From assembly GCA_041650795.1 (NCBI GenBank), contig JBAZKK010000003.1, positions 2,386 through 66,385 of the forward strand: a stretch of DNA of 64,000 bases. Reading direction: 5' to 3'. A model generated the notes under the pieces. The model had not been told where the DNA came from. It searched no databases and saw only the letters and a list, made by a program, of their open reading frames with translations. Below are positions 1 to 7,793 of the stretch, piece after piece. The stretch is from Candidatus Omnitrophota bacterium (GTDB lineage Bacteria; Omnitrophota; Gorgyraeia; Gygaellales; Profunditerraquicolaceae). The position numbers and the translations under genes were made by a program. Position 1 is the first letter of the stretch. Each line of letters opens with the position of its first letter.

Positions 1-1
1 G

Positions 2-475
2 GAAGGCATGGGTTTTATCGTGACAATGAAGACCTTTGATATGTCGCGCCCCGGGGTTGCGGCGCAGGCCCTCGGGATTGCGCAGGGGGCGCTGGACGTA
101 GCGGTCAAATATTCCAAGGAGAGGCAGCAGTTCGGCAAGTCCATCTCCAGCTTCCAGGGGATACAGTGGATGCTGGCGGATATGGCTACCGGGGTTGAGA
201 CTGCCCGCGCCTTGATTTATTCCTGCGCCCGGGCAATTGATGCCGGTTGCAAGGATGTTGCCAAGGATTCCGCCATGGCTAAGATGTACGCCTCGGATGT
301 GGCGGTTAAGGTTGCCACTGATGCCATCCAGATACTCGGCGGTTACGGTTACATGCGCGATTATCCGGCAGAGAAATACCTGCGTGACGCCAAGATCACC
401 CAGATTTACGAAGGGACCAACCAGATACAGCGCAATATTATCGCGCTGCAGTTAATCAAGGAAATGTCTAAATAA
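2..475 (+). CDS. acyl-CoA (butyryl-CoA type) dehydrogenase, C-terminal ~157 aa; 5' end lies outside the window
   Basis: Frame is open to the window edge. C-terminal ACAD domain motifs: AKMYASD, ILGGYGYMRDYPAEKYLRDAKITQIYEGTNQIQRNII. Stop TAA overlaps the etfB ATG (TAATG). Confidence 0.85.
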   Translation, partial: EGMGFIVTMKTFDMSRPGVAAQALGIAQGALDVAVKYSKERQQFGKSISSFQGIQWMLADMATGVETARALIYSCARAIDAGCKDVAKDSAMAKMYASDVAVKVATDAIQILGGYGYMRDYPAEKYLRDAKITQIYEGTNQIQRNIIALQLIKEMSK

Positions 476-1257
476 TGAACATCATCGTCTGTATCAAGCA
501 GGTTCCCGAAACCACTGAGGTCAGGATTAACCCCGAGACAAATACCCTCATCCGCGAAGGGGTAAAGTCCATTATCAACCCTTTTGATATGTACGCCATT
601 GAAGAAGGCGTGCAGTTGAAGGAAAGGTTTGGCGGTAAGGTTACGGTGGTTACAATGGGGCCGCCGCAGGCCGAGGCCGCGTTGCGCGAAGCAATCTCTA
701 TGGGCGCAGACGAGGGGATATTGGTTTGTGACCGCGCATTTGCCGGCAGCGATACCTGGGCTACCAGTTATACCGTGGCAGGAGCCATTAAAAGAATCGG
801 AGCATTTGACCTGATTATCTGCGGCAAACAGGCCTCGGACGGCGATACGGCGCAGGTTGGTCCGGGTATCTCCACCCATCTTAATATTCCTCAGGTCACC
901 TATGTAAAGAAGGTGGAGGAGGTAAAGGAGAATTTGATGCGGGTAGAGCGCATGATGGAGGAGGGCTATGAGATTATCGAAACTCCATTGCCGGCGCTCT
1001 TGACGGTAGTAAAGGAAATCAATGAGCCGCGGATCCCGTCATTGAAGGGCATGATGCGCGCCAAATCCGCCAAGATCACGGTGTGGGGCCAGAAAGAATT
1101 GAATCTAGACCCGCAGAGTATCGGTTTGTGCGGCTCCCCTACGCAGGTAGTCAAGATCTTTACGCCTCCGCAGCGCACCGGAGGCCAGATGCTTAACGGC
1201 GAGGTCCCGGATATTGCTGCCCAGCTTGTAGATTTATTGAAGGACGAGGTGCACTGA
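475..1257 (+). CDS. etfB: electron transfer flavoprotein beta subunit
   Basis: MNIIVCIKQVPE start and GKQASDGDTAQVGP motif typical of EtfB. Translationally coupled to the neighbours on both sides. Confidence 0.9.
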   Translation: MNIIVCIKQVPETTEVRINPETNTLIREGVKSIINPFDMYAIEEGVQLKERFGGKVTVVTMGPPQAEAALREAISMGADEGILVCDRAFAGSDTWATSYTVAGAIKRIGAFDLIICGKQASDGDTAQVGPGISTHLNIPQVTYVKKVEEVKENLMRVERMMEEGYEIIETPLPALLTVVKEINEPRIPSLKGMMRAKSAKITVWGQKELNLDPQSIGLCGSPTQVVKIFTPPQRTGGQMLNGEVPDIAAQLVDLLKDEVH

Positions 1258-2459
1258 TGTCAATCCAGGTAATTGTAGAGAAATGCACCGGCTGTACGCT
1301 TTGTGTTAAGGCCTGTCCATTTGGCGCTATCAGCATGGCGGAGAAGAAGGCCAGGATAGACCTTAACAAATGCACCATTTGCGGGGCTTGCGTTCCAGCC
1401 TGTAAATTCAAGGCGATTTTGCTTGAGAAGACACCGGCTAAGTGCGAATTGCCGGACATCAAGGATTATAAAGGCATCTGGGTTTTTGTAGAGCAGAAAA
1501 ACGGCAAGGTGCAGTCCGTTTCCTATGAACTCTTAGGCAAGGCCCAGGAACTGGCCAAGAAGTTACATTGCCAGGTGAGCGGGGTTTTGATAGGCAATGC
1601 CATGGATGACCAGTTGGATGAACTGGGATGGAGAGGGGCGGATAATATTTATTTGGTGGAGGCCCCCGAGATAGCGAATTTCCAGGATGAACCTTATACC
1701 AATATCCTGGTAGAGCTGATTAAGAAATATAAGCCTGAGATCGTGCTCTGCGGAGCCACTGCTATCGGGCGTTCCCTGATTTCGCGGGTGGCTATAAACA
1801 TCAAGGCCGGCCTGACTGCCGATTGCACGGGGCTGGATATTGAGCCGGATAAGAAGATACTACTACAGACCCGCCCGGCTTTCGGAGGGAATATCATGGC
1901 GACCATCGTCAGCCCGAATTACCGGCCGCAGATGGCAACCGTTCGCCACAAGGTGATGCAGCCGATGGAGCCTGATAGGAAACGCAAGCCTAAGATCATC
2001 AGGGAGAAGTTTGGCAGCTCCTTTTACGCCTCCCGCACCAAGCTCCTGGATATAGTAGAGGAAATTGAATCCCTGGTAAATCTTGCTGAAGCGGATATTA
2101 TTGTTTCCGGAGGCCGCGGGATGGGTGGGCCGGAGAACTTTAAGATGTTGGAGGACCTGGCGCACGTATTAGGGGCGGCAGTAGGAGCTTCGCGCGCGGC
2201 AGTGGATTCGGGATGGAAGCCTTATTCGCATCAGGTAGGCCAGACCGGGCGCACCGTTGGCCCCAAGATCTACATTGCCTGTGGGATATCCGGTCAGATC
2301 CAGCATCTAGTGGGGATGCAATCCTCAAAGATTATCGTTGCTATCAATAAAGACCCCGAGGCCCCCATCTTTAAGGTCGCGACTTACGGCATAGTAGGCG
2401 ATCTCTTCCAGGTAGTCCCCGCCTTAACGAAGCGCTTCAAAGAAGTCCTCCGCAAATAA
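1257..2459 (+). CDS. etfA: electron transfer flavoprotein alpha subunit with N-terminal 2x[4Fe-4S] ferredoxin domain
   Basis: Two CxxCxxCxxxCP clusters (CTGCTLCVKACP, CTICGACVPACK) precede a canonical EtfA body (GGRGMG, SRAAVDSGW, QVGQTG, YIACGISGQIQH). Confidence 0.9.
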   Translation: MSIQVIVEKCTGCTLCVKACPFGAISMAEKKARIDLNKCTICGACVPACKFKAILLEKTPAKCELPDIKDYKGIWVFVEQKNGKVQSVSYELLGKAQELAKKLHCQVSGVLIGNAMDDQLDELGWRGADNIYLVEAPEIANFQDEPYTNILVELIKKYKPEIVLCGATAIGRSLISRVAINIKAGLTADCTGLDIEPDKKILLQTRPAFGGNIMATIVSPNYRPQMATVRHKVMQPMEPDRKRKPKIIREKFGSSFYASRTKLLDIVEEIESLVNLAEADIIVSGGRGMGGPENFKMLEDLAHVLGAAVGASRAAVDSGWKPYSHQVGQTGRTVGPKIYIACGISGQIQHLVGMQSSKIIVAINKDPEAPIFKVATYGIVGDLFQVVPALTKRFKEVLRK

Positions 2460-2583
2460 CAGAAACACTTTCCAATCTAAAGGGGAAACGTTTTTGTTCA
2501 CAATCGGGACAGTGTACATAAAAAAGAACACTGTCCCGAACAAAACGGAAAACGTTTCTGCTTTGGGACGGAAAGTGTTTCTG
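2460..2583. repeat. 124-bp nested palindrome (REP doublet / REPIN-like, LE+RE of the RAYT element without cargo)
   Basis: Outer arms cagaaacactttcc (2460..2473) and ggaaagtgtttctg (2570..2583) are perfect 14-bp inverted repeats. Inner hairpin is cgggacagtgt (2505..2515) / acactgtcccg (2528..2538). Middle module is gaaacgttt. The same modules recur at 9011..9066 and 9629..9686. Confidence 0.8.
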
Positions 2584-2660
2584 TTTGGGGAGAATTTGCA
2601 GTTTTTAGCAATATAAGAGAGAGAAAAGTATTCATATGTTAAAGAATGTTAAAATTTTCC

Positions 2661-2689
2661 TTGACAAAAGGCAAGGGTTTGTTTATAAT
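2661..2689 (+). promoter_or_regulatory. sigma70-type consensus promoter (TTGACA-N17-TATAAT) for the HTH-smc unit
   Basis: TTGACA at 2661..2666, exactly 17-nt spacer, TATAAT at 2684..2689. An A/T-rich tract (aaagaatgttaaaatttt) lies immediately upstream. Confidence 0.6.
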
Positions 2690-2726
2690 TACAACCAATG
2701 GAGAGAGAATGATTAACGGAGGTTTG

Positions 2727-2888
2727 ATGACCATAGAGGATTTAGCGGATTACCTTAAGGTTACGCGCCGCACTATCTACGAGTGGCTTAAGCAAAATAA
2801 GATACCGGCAGTGAAGCTCATAGGCCAGTGGCGTTTTCGTAAAGATAGAATTGATGCCTGGATTGAAAACCATTCTAAACTTCAATAA
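2727..2888 (+). CDS. small excisionase/MerR-superfamily helix-turn-helix (HTH_17-like) DNA-binding protein
   Basis: MTIEDLADYLKVTRRTIYEWLKQNKIPAVKLIGQWRFRKDRIDAWI matches the HTH_17 pattern. GGAGG lies 4 nt upstream of the ATG at 2727. The ORF-track start (2646) is upstream of the promoter; ATG 2709 is an alternative. Confidence 0.7.
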   Translation: MTIEDLADYLKVTRRTIYEWLKQNKIPAVKLIGQWRFRKDRIDAWIENHSKLQ

Positions 2889-2900
2889 AGGAGAGGCCGC

Positions 2901-5900
2901 ATGTATTTTAAGAGACTGGAGCTGGTAGGGTTTAAATCCTTCTGCAACAAAACCACTTTGCAATTTGAGCCTGGGGTTACCGCAGTTGTGGGCCCTAACG
3001 GCTGCGGCAAATGCCTGCATTATGATTCGCTGGTTACCTTAAGCGACGGTTCCCCGGTCAAAATCGGGGAATTAGTGGAGGCGGCTTTAAAAGAGGCGGG
3101 AGCGCCGGAAATATTAAACGACGGCTTGATGACTTCGGATAACCACCGCAATATTAAAATCCTTTCCCTGAACCCGGCTACGCTTAAGATTGAACCCAGG
3201 CCGGTATATGCCTTTATAAAGAGGAAGGCCCCGGATTATCTTCTGGAAGTCAAGACTAAATCCGGAAGAAAAGTCATCACCACCCACTACCATCCTTTTT
3301 TCAGCATTAAAGGCGGCCAGGTGATTGAGCTTAAGGCTGAGGAGCTCAAGGCAGGCACGAGGATTGCCGCTCCGAGGCTCATTAGGCAGCAAGAGGGCAG
3401 CCCTGATTTGGATTTATCGGGAATATTTAAAAAATTCAGCGCAGAGGATAACGTATATATTCCTTATTCAGAGGAATTTTCGGAATTTCTTTCTCAGGTC
3501 ACAGGCAGCAGTATTTCCCCTGCTCAGAGGACGGCAATAAAATCCTGCCGCAGCGGCCAGGCGATGAATATCGCCAACTTCAGCGCGTTGTTGGAGCAAA
3601 AGGGGATTAGAGAGGTCCCCGTTTTTGTAAGACGGCTTAAATCGCATAGCTGCGGGGAAATCAAGCTGCCGCGTAAGATGAGCCCCGCGATAGCCAGATT
3701 TCTCGGTTACCTTATTTCTGAAGGCAGGTCTACCAAAGAGAATCAAGTTTGGTTTGTGAATGGTGATAAGGATATCGTTGCGGATTTTACGGCCTGTGCC
3801 TACAGCGCATTTGAAGTAAAAGCCAAGGTTTTTAATTATAAACCTTGCGTCCAGGATGTCTTGATTTTCTCCAGCGCCTTGTGCGAATTCCTCCAGAAGG
3901 CCTTTATTTTCAATATCTCGGCCCCGTCAAGAGAAAAGGCGGTTCCGCCGCAGATATTCAGGTCTGATGAAAATATTATAAGAGAGTTTTTATCAACTCT
4001 CTTTGAAGGCGACGGCTATCTCTGTACCGATAAACAGAATAACAGCAAGAAGGCTTATTTTGAATATACCACCGCCTCCGGGGCATTGGCTTGCGGCGTC
4101 AGGAGCCTGTTGCTGCGCTTAGGGGTGCAGCCGGTAATCAGAAAAAAGCTGAAGGCAGCCACTAATACCAAGGAGAAAAACAAAAGGGTATATTATTCTG
4201 TTTATGTTTACGGGTTAGCTAATGCCAAACGCCTGGCTGAACTATTGCATTTTGTGGGCAAGAAATCCGCAAAACTCCAGGAGATTAAAAGACTGAAGTC
4301 TAAAAATAACCCCAATTTAGATTTAATCCCCGAGGTCAACGCCGTATTTAAAAAATTGACGCAACTGGCTGGCATCAATGTCAAAAAACTCAGGAAGACT
4401 TGCCCGAAGTTAGCTTCTTACTATGAGAACAGGTGTTTGCCCAGCCGCCAGGGGTTATTGGAGGCGCTGAGTATTGTTTCGGAGCACGGCAGGATTACCG
4501 GCTTAGCCGCAGCTTTATACCATTGCCTGAAAACCCTGGCCGTTTCGGATATTTACTGGGATGAAGTAACTAGTATTAAAAAAGTTTATTCAGAGGAATG
4601 GGTTTATGACCTTTCGGTATTAGAAACGCACAATTTTATTGCCGATGATATTATCGTTCATAACAGCAATATCTTTGATTCCATCCGCTGGGTATTGGGG
4701 GAGCAGTCTGTAAAGTCCCTGCGCGGCTCGGACATGCAGGATGTTATCTTTAACGGCACTGATAAAAAGGAGCCGTTAAGCATGGCCGAGGTGAGCGTTA
4801 CCTTTGATAATAAAACCAGGTTTTTCCCAGTTGACCATGACGAGATAATGATTTCCCGGCGCCTTTTCCGCTCCGGAGAAAGCGAGTACCTCCTGAACAA
4901 AACCCAGGTGCGCCTTAAGGACATCTCTGATTTATTGTTGGGTACCGGTATCGGAGCCGAGAGTTATTCCCTGGTGCCGCAGGGCAGGATAGATATGATT
5001 TTGAGTTCGCGGCCGGAGGACAGGCGCCTGGTATTTGACGAAGCCGCAGGCATAACTAAATATAAATCCCAGAAACGCGAGGCAATGCGTAAATTGGAAG
5101 AGACGGAGCAGAACCTCCTGCGCGTAAATGACATCATTACCGAGGTCAAGCGCCAGATCGGCTCCCTGGAGCGCCAGGCAAATAAAGCCAGGCGTTATAA
5201 GGAATTATTTGAGGAATTGAAAAACAAGGAGGTCAGGCTTGCCGTTTTGCAAAAGATAAGTTTCCTTAAGGACAGGGATGAGACCACGGCAGAGTTAAGC
5301 AGACTGCAGGAAAAAGAGTCCGAGGTCCTGAACGCCATCCAGGAGCAGGAGGTCAAGATTGCCGACCAGAAACAGGAAGCCAAGGCCCTTGAGGACGCTA
5401 TCAACAATATCAAGGGCAGGATCCTTAACCTCGATAACGGCATATCCCGCAGCCGCGAGCACATTACCATTTCCCGCGAGAGGATCAGCGAGCTTGAAGC
5501 CGGAAAGAAACGTATCGATGAGCAGATAGAACAGACCGCGGCGCGCATCAATGCCGATAAAGAAAAACTTGATGCCGTCAAGAAGGAATACAACGGGATA
5601 CAGAAGGAAATCGAGGAAAAGGGTGTTCTTCTGAAGGAAAAGGAAGGCGAGCTTAACAGCCTAGCAGTTGTTATAAAGCTGTCTTTGGATAATATTGCGG
5701 CAGCAAAGAAGAACCTTCTGGAACTGGCAGCCAAGGTCAGCAGCGCCAAGAATGAAGTTGCCGATTTTGCTGCCAAGGAACAGGTTTATCTGGCGCGCCA
5801 GAAAAGGCTGGAGGTAGAAAAAGCCAAGGTTAATGAAGAGAAGGCCGATGCGGAGTTAGCCTTCTCCACTATATCCCGGGAATTGTCAGGATTGCAGAGT

Positions 5901-7793
5901 AATTTTGCCGAGCTCGGCCTTAAGCTTAACGCAGCAAAGGAAGAATTGGGACAGGAAAAAATATCCCTTGAGCAGATCAATGCCTGCATTGCGGACCTTG
6001 AAAAGCAGAGGCTGGCGATGCAGTCCCAGAAAGAATTTCTGGAGGAGCTTAAATCCAAATACGATGATATAGGAGAATCCATGAGCGCCCTGCTCTATCT
6101 GGATAAGATGCCGGCAGAGAAGAGCTCGGGGATACTGATTAAGGTTAAAGAGTACCTGGAGCTTGCCGATGGCGATGGCGGGACAGCCGGCCATGCCAAT
6201 GTCAAGATATCCGGCGAGGCCAAGCCTATGGACCTGGACACCCAGAAGATTGGCGAACGCATTGCGCAGGTCGATATCAAGATAGCCAGCCTCAAAGAGA
6301 ATAAGGCTCATAAGCAGACACATATTGCGGAGCTCAAAAATAACATAGGGGCCCTGGAAGGTAATCTGCGTAGCGAGGAGATGGTTCTTGTTAATAAGCG
6401 TGCCCAACAGCAAACCGCAGAGGACGAGGTAAATAAAATCAAGAGCGAGGAAGAGATCATTGCGATAGAGCTTTCTGATATAACGGGAGCGCTATCCGGC
6501 CTCCAGGATGAACTGAACATCCGCAAAGCCTCCTTGGCTGCCTTAGAGGATGAGGAGAGGAGCGCGGAGGATTTGATTTCCGGAGAGCAGAATCGGATTA
6601 ATTCCAGCAATCAACTTAAAGAAGGCGTAATCGTAGCGATTACGCAGACCAGGGCAGAATTGGAAGCCCTTAATAAGCGCGTTAATTCCGACCAGGCAAC
6701 TATTGCGATACTGGAAGATACCTTCCGCCAGGACACGGAGGCGCTCGCCAGCCTTAATGAGCAAAAAGAGGCGGCTTTCGCTAAAGAGGCATCCCTGGAT
6801 GCCCAGATAAAAGATTTGGAAGAGGCGATTTTGAAGTCCGGGGAGGAGATCGAGAGTCAGAGGGCGGTCCTTAAGGATACCGAGGCCAGATTCGTAGCGG
6901 TCCTGGACGGCACTAGCGATATTACCCTGAAGATCGAGGCGGATAAGAAGGAAATAGATAGTATCAAAAGCAGGGTATATGAGTTTCAGATGCGTTCCAA
7001 GGAGGCGGAGTATAAGTACGGCGCCGTCAAGGAGAGGATATCGCAGGGATATAAGGTTGACCTGGATGCCGTTAGCGATGTTGTCTGTGAAGGCGATGAA
7101 GGTTCCTTAAGTGCAGAGATACAGGGGATGAAGGGAAAACTGGAGTCTTACGGTACGGTAAACCTGGTCGCCATTGAGGAATACGACGAGCTTAAGAAAC
7201 GTTATGATTTTCTCACCCAGCAGCAGGCGGATCTGTTGAATGCCAAGCAGTCACTGCATGAGGCAATACTAAAGCTTAACAAGACCACTAAGCACATGTT
7301 TCTGGAGACCTTCCAGAAGGTGGCTGCCGAGTTCCGTAATTACTTCCGGCTGCTCTTTAACGGGGGAGACGCCCAGGTCTTCTTGGTGGACGAACAGGAC
7401 CCCTTGGAGTGCGGCATTGAGATTATCTGCCGGCCGCCCGGGAAGAAACTTCAGAACGTGCTTTTGCTTTCGGGAGGCGAGAAATCCATGGCTGCCATAG
7501 CCCTGATTTTCGCCATATTCAAGATCAAACCGGCTCCGTTCTGCGTATTGGATGAGATTGATGCGGCTTTGGATGAAGCCAATGTTGACAGGTTCGGCAG
7601 GATGCTGCAGGAATTTACGAACGGTTCGCAATTCATCGTGATTACCCATAACAAAAAGACCATTGCCAACGCCGACGTGATGTATGGTATCACGATGGAG
7701 GAGTCTGGGGTATCCAAGATTATTTCAGTGAAGTTTTCGCAGGGTAAACCTTCTGTGCAACCCGAGGGAGTTCCGGTAGCAGAACCGGCTTAA
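2901..7793 (+). CDS. smc: chromosome segregation ATPase SMC, intein-containing precursor (1630 aa; 1079 aa after splicing)
   Basis: N-head MYFKRLELVGFKSF...GPNGCGK|intein|SNIFDSIRWVLGEQSVKSLRG. Long heptad-rich arms. C-head has signature LSGGEKSMAAIALIFAIF, Walker B FCVLDEIDAALD, and QFIVITHNK. Confidence 0.9.
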   Translation: MYFKRLELVGFKSFCNKTTLQFEPGVTAVVGPNGCGKCLHYDSLVTLSDGSPVKIGELVEAALKEAGAPEILNDGLMTSDNHRNIKILSLNPATLKIEPRPVYAFIKRKAPDYLLEVKTKSGRKVITTHYHPFFSIKGGQVIELKAEELKAGTRIAAPRLIRQQEGSPDLDLSGIFKKFSAEDNVYIPYSEEFSEFLSQVTGSSISPAQRTAIKSCRSGQAMNIANFSALLEQKGIREVPVFVRRLKSHSCGEIKLPRKMSPAIARFLGYLISEGRSTKENQVWFVNGDKDIVADFTACAYSAFEVKAKVFNYKPCVQDVLIFSSALCEFLQKAFIFNISAPSREKAVPPQIFRSDENIIREFLSTLFEGDGYLCTDKQNNSKKAYFEYTTASGALACGVRSLLLRLGVQPVIRKKLKAATNTKEKNKRVYYSVYVYGLANAKRLAELLHFVGKKSAKLQEIKRLKSKNNPNLDLIPEVNAVFKKLTQLAGINVKKLRKTCPKLASYYENRCLPSRQGLLEALSIVSEHGRITGLAAALYHCLKTLAVSDIYWDEVTSIKKVYSEEWVYDLSVLETHNFIADDIIVHNSNIFDSIRWVLGEQSVKSLRGSDMQDVIFNGTDKKEPLSMAEVSVTFDNKTRFFPVDHDEIMISRRLFRSGESEYLLNKTQVRLKDISDLLLGTGIGAESYSLVPQGRIDMILSSRPEDRRLVFDEAAGITKYKSQKREAMRKLEETEQNLLRVNDIITEVKRQIGSLERQANKARRYKELFEELKNKEVRLAVLQKISFLKDRDETTAELSRLQEKESEVLNAIQEQEVKIADQKQEAKALEDAINNIKGRILNLDNGISRSREHITISRERISELEAGKKRIDEQIEQTAARINADKEKLDAVKKEYNGIQKEIEEKGVLLKEKEGELNSLAVVIKLSLDNIAAAKKNLLELAAKVSSAKNEVADFAAKEQVYLARQKRLEVEKAKVNEEKADAELAFSTISRELSGLQSNFAELGLKLNAAKEELGQEKISLEQINACIADLEKQRLAMQSQKEFLEELKSKYDDIGESMSALLYLDKMPAEKSSGILIKVKEYLELADGDGGTAGHANVKISGEAKPMDLDTQKIGERIAQVDIKIASLKENKAHKQTHIAELKNNIGALEGNLRSEEMVLVNKRAQQQTAEDEVNKIKSEEEIIAIELSDITGALSGLQDELNIRKASLAALEDEERSAEDLISGEQNRINSSNQLKEGVIVAITQTRAELEALNKRVNSDQATIAILEDTFRQDTEALASLNEQKEAAFAKEASLDAQIKDLEEAILKSGEEIESQRAVLKDTEARFVAVLDGTSDITLKIEADKKEIDSIKSRVYEFQMRSKEAEYKYGAVKERISQGYKVDLDAVSDVVCEGDEGSLSAEIQGMKGKLESYGTVNLVAIEEYDELKKRYDFLTQQQADLLNAKQSLHEAILKLNKTTKHMFLETFQKVAAEFRNYFRLLFNGGDAQVFLVDEQDPLECGIEIICRPPGKKLQNVLLLSGGEKSMAAIALIFAIFKIKPAPFCVLDEIDAALDEANVDRFGRMLQEFTNGSQFIVITHNKKTIANADVMYGITMEESGVSKIISVKFSQGKPSVQPEGVPVAEPA
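3012..4664 (+). mobile_element. class-1 intein (551 aa) with LAGLIDADG homing endonuclease, inserted in the SMC Walker A P-loop
   Basis: Starts with Cys (CLHYDSLVTLSDGS). Block B is TTHYH (TxxH). Block F/G is VYDLSVLETHNFIADDIIVHN, followed by Ser+1. In-frame length is 1653 nt. Excision restores GPNGCGKSNIFDSIRW. Confidence 0.9.
3699..4016 (+). other. double-motif LAGLIDADG endonuclease core within the intein
   Basis: Motif 1 FLGYLISEG (3699..3725) and motif 2 FLSTLFEGDG (3987..4016) are about 96 aa apart, as in monomeric LAGLIDADG enzymes. Confidence 0.8.
6075..6260 (+). other. non-coiled mid-segment of SMC (mini-hinge, ~60 aa) in place of the canonical hinge domain
   Basis: ESMSALLYLDKMPAEKSSGILIKVKEYLELADGDGGTAGHANVKISGEAKPMDLDTQKIGERI is the only break between the two ~300-340 aa heptad arms. 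No GRATFLPL-type or repeated G-rich hinge motifs are visible. Confidence 0.6.

Noticed and set aside
2646-2726. 5' extension of the HTH ORF (MLKFSLTKGKGLFIITTNGER...).
   Set aside because: It overlaps the TTGACA-N17-TATAAT promoter itself, so it would lie upstream of the transcription start. The HTH_17-like domain begins at the Met at 2727, which has a GGAGG RBS.
4658-6610. Series of long minus-strand ORFs inside smc (for example 5195..5776 at 193 aa, 5886..6413 at 175 aa, 6308..6610 at 100 aa).
   Set aside because: Their translations are low-complexity Ser/Leu/Phe-rich strings, the mirror image of the GAA/AAG/CTG-rich coiled-coil codons. They have no RBS or recognisable motifs. The plus-strand SMC frame is unambiguous.
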